A DNA stretch of 32,000 nucleotides, from the NCBI GenBank assembly GCA_035400625.1, contig DAOMZT010000001.1:240001-272000 (forward strand). The letters run 5' to 3'. The first letter of the stretch is position 1. Each line of letters starts with the position of its first letter. The position numbers and the translations under genes are program-made. The stretch comes from an archaeon (GTDB lineage Archaea; Iainarchaeota; Iainarchaeia; Iainarchaeales; CSSED10-239). Shown piece after piece: positions 29,843 through 32,000 of the stretch. A model generated the notes under the pieces. That model had not been told where the DNA came from. It saw only the letters and a list, made by a program, of their open reading frames with translations, and made no database searches.

Positions 29843-30121
29843 TCATTTTATACTTTCTTTTAAGTTTTCTAATTTACTAATAAGTGACCAGACAGCACTT
29901 CTACAAAACTGTGGAACATTATTGTTATTTGTTGCATCTTCTAGTTCATAGAGAATGCTTGATATTTCTAGGTCGTCGCATTTTTTCTCTAGTCTTTTAT
30001 CTATACTTAATATTAGGGTCTTAAGGTTTTTAGGAATAGACCCGTCTTCTACAAGAAACTCAATTTCTGAAACAATCTCTTGAATCATTTTAGAAGTGTC
30101 AACTTTTTTCTTTTTTGGCAT
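29843..30121 (-). CDS. UPF0147-family small archaeal protein
   Basis: The sequence EDGSIPKNLKTLILSI...LEISSILYELEDATNNNNVPQFCRSAVWSLISKLENL follows the two-repeat helical pattern I recall for UPF0147 (..VPRNIR.. / ..MP.h.Rt.iW...s.LE). The ATG at 30121 is preceded by GGAAGTGA. The track start at 30130 is the GTG inside that SD. Confidence 0.65.
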   Translation of the reverse strand: MPKKKKVDTSKMIQEIVSEIEFLVEDGSIPKNLKTLILSIDKRLEKKCDDLEISSILYELEDATNNNNVPQFCRSAVWSLISKLENLKESIK

Positions 30122-30210
30122 TTTTATCACTTCCTTTATTTTTAATCATAAAAATAGAAAATAAATATATATAGTATCAAAAGCTTTTTTAATAGCTTTC
30201 TTATGCAGAT

Positions 30211-31143
30211 TTATGACCATCTGCTTTTCTTTTTCTTTTCTACAGGATATGTTTCTAGAAGTTCTTTTATACTTATGTTTTCTTGACCTTCCATTTCCTG
30301 ATTTTTTGTGTAAGTGCTAGACACCACTACCTTCTTTTCAGGGTTGTTTTCCTTTATTGTTTTTAACATAGCAATTTGCTTTTCTTTGTCTAAAGTTGGA
30401 TTATATACAAAAACAACCAAGTCAGAGATTGCTTTGATTGCTGCAATTGCTTGCTTTTCAATAGCATTCATTTCTTTAAATTCAGTATGTACTAACCCTG
30501 GCGTATCAATTACTTGATAGATGTCTTGCCTTCTTTTGAAAAAGCCAATATTCAAGGCTTTAGTAGTAAATTCATAGCTGTTAATCTCTGGCGTTGCCTC
30601 AGTAATCTTTGTAAGATAAGTGGTCTTTCCTGCATTTGGTATTCCCACAAGAACAATAGTCCTAAGATTAAAGTCAGGGCTAGCAATTCTTGAAAATTCT
30701 TTTTCAAGATCCAAAAGCTTTGAAAATGTGCTGTCCAGATTTTTAACAATTGAAGCAATTCTTCCAACATATTCTTTCTTTATTCTTACAAACTTCTCTT
30801 TATCAAATTTACTGCTTCTTCTGCTTTGCATTTTCAAAAATAATTTTTTATATTTCTCAGATATCTTGTTAACAACAGTAACAGTGCTAGCAATGTGGTT
30901 CTTGTATTTCTCCATTGTGCTTTTAGGACAGATGTTCTTAAACATCATCTGGTAATATTCGTTTTTTATCTCATAGTCTGGTAGCTTGTTGTTTATTCTA
31001 TTTAGTCTATCAGTTATTGCTATCTGATAAGCAGAGACATACTTGTGAGAAAACTCGTTTTTTTGAAAGTCTTTCATCTTTCTAACATTAGTTATAACAT
31101 TATCAAGTAGTTCTTTTGATTTTTCTATTTTTGGAAAGTTCAT
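30211..31143 (-). CDS. NOG1-like GTP-binding protein (archaeal Nog1/OBG-HflX-like class)
   Basis: 310 aa. An N-terminal helical domain is followed by G1 GIPNAGKT, a G2 Thr in EFTTK and G3 DTPG. No canonical NKxD G4 is visible. The only candidate is TKNQ. Confidence 0.75.
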   Translation of the reverse strand: MNFPKIEKSKELLDNVITNVRKMKDFQKNEFSHKYVSAYQIAITDRLNRINNKLPDYEIKNEYYQMMFKNICPKSTMEKYKNHIASTVTVVNKISEKYKKLFLKMQSRRSSKFDKEKFVRIKKEYVGRIASIVKNLDSTFSKLLDLEKEFSRIASPDFNLRTIVLVGIPNAGKTTYLTKITEATPEINSYEFTTKALNIGFFKRRQDIYQVIDTPGLVHTEFKEMNAIEKQAIAAIKAISDLVVFVYNPTLDKEKQIAMLKTIKENNPEKKVVVSSTYTKNQEMEGQENISIKELLETYPVEKKKKSRWS

Positions 31144-31263
31144 ATTTTTTTCTCTTTTCTTTAATAAAAAAGGTATTTAAAGCAATTGGTTAATAAAATA
31201 TATATAAATATAATATTTTATATATACTTCTTATTTCAAATTAGTAAAACGGTGTAAAAATCT

Positions 31264-32000
31264 ATGAATTTAATTACAGAAAAGAATTATAAAAAACTAA
31301 TGATTCTTCCATTTCTAATGGCAATTATCTGCTTGATATTAGTGTTTGTCACTCCTGGTGTAGAGAAGGGAATAGACCTAAAAGGCGGAAACCAGCTGAT
31401 TATCAGACACGAAAGGGGGGCGCCAATCGATCAATTAAAGCTTGAAGATTCTATAAGAGAAAAATACGGCTTTCAAGAGGTAATTATAAGAGAGACAACT
31501 GGTCCAACAAGCAGTGGACTAATCATAGAATATTCTAATAGCCCGGAGATTGAAATCGCAAGAGCAGAGAAAGCAAAGCTTGATTTTACAAACACTGCCT
31601 TAGTTGATTTAAAAACAAATAGCAAATCTTTATTTGCACCATTACTAGAAAAAAAATATCTTTCTCAAAAAGATATAGACGAGATTGATTCTTTTACAAA
31701 TAAAGAGGATTTAAAAGTATATATTAACGAGACAATAATTCTTGCAAACAATAATTTCAATAATTCAATTATTCATTTTGTAAAATCTGAATTAAACCTG
31801 GAAGATGAGGCAAGAATTCAGACAAGAGAGATTTCTGCAACTCTTGGTTCTGATTTTGTCAAGTCTTCAATAAAGGTTGGTATTATTTCTTTTATATTAT
31901 TGTCATTTGTTTTGTATTTGTTCTTTAAAAAGATTATCCCTACAGGTTTAGTTATCGTTGCAGTAATCTTTGACATTCTGGCAGGCCTTGCAGGAATGGC
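31264..32000 (+). CDS. SecD/SecF-family protein-export membrane protein (SecF-like), 5' part, runs off the window
   Basis: My own translation is open from ATG 31264 to the window end and starts MNLITEKNYKKLMILPFLMAIICLILVFVTPGVEKGIDLKGGNQL.... That gives TM1 plus the GIDLKGG motif. An extracytoplasmic domain of about 170 aa follows. Then comes ISATLGSDFVKSSIKVGIISFILLSFVLYLFF...VIVAVIFDILAGLAGMA, which is TM2/TM3 with the SecF-like hD motif. GGTG lies 9 nt upstream of the ATG. Confidence 0.7.
   Translation, partial: MNLITEKNYKKLMILPFLMAIICLILVFVTPGVEKGIDLKGGNQLIIRHERGAPIDQLKLEDSIREKYGFQEVIIRETTGPTSSGLIIEYSNSPEIEIARAEKAKLDFTNTALVDLKTNSKSLFAPLLEKKYLSQKDIDEIDSFTNKEDLKVYINETIILANNNFNNSIIHFVKSELNLEDEARIQTREISATLGSDFVKSSIKVGIISFILLSFVLYLFFKKIIPTGLVIVAVIFDILAGLAGM

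Overview
AT-rich, very gene-dense archaeal chromosome segment, with spacers mostly 15 nt or less, several 4-nt ATGA start/stop overlaps, and GGAGG/GGTGA Shine-Dalgarno motifs. All three stop codons terminate clear genes, so the genetic code looks standard. Archaeal identity rests on PolD DP1/DP2, RFC small subunit, Cdc48, Lrp/AsnC, a NOG1-like GTPase, UPF0147 and class III (QxSxExxxL) signal peptides. The composition, compactness and lysine-rich protein tails suggest a small-genome, DPANN-like lineage, but that is inference only. Housekeeping genes: cdc48, type IA topoisomerase, Lrp/AsnC regulator, MiaB/MtaB-type radical-SAM methylthiotransferase, rfcS, a JAMM/MPN+ protein, a bacterial-type grpE-dnaK-dnaJ operon, PolD DP1+DP2, UPF0147, a NOG1-like GTPase and a truncated SecD/F-family gene. 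The main accessory content is a co-directional type IV filament (Epd/Tad-like pilus) locus at about 11.1-18.5 kb. It encodes a secretion ATPase, two single-domain T2SSF platform genes, an A24 prepilin peptidase and six pilin-like genes, one of which is a 59-codon ORF missing from the supplied track. Three uncharacterised membrane proteins are fused onto its 3' end: one NfeD-like in topology, one membrane-anchored OB-fold-like, and one TctA/DUF112-like gene with a frame break at an A7 run. A seventh pilin-signal protein (2400..3884, minus strand) joins a pilin domain to four tandem chitobiase-C-terminal-like beta-sandwich repeats, making it a candidate pilus-borne adhesin. No tRNA, rRNA, CRISPR array, transposase or integrase was recognised.
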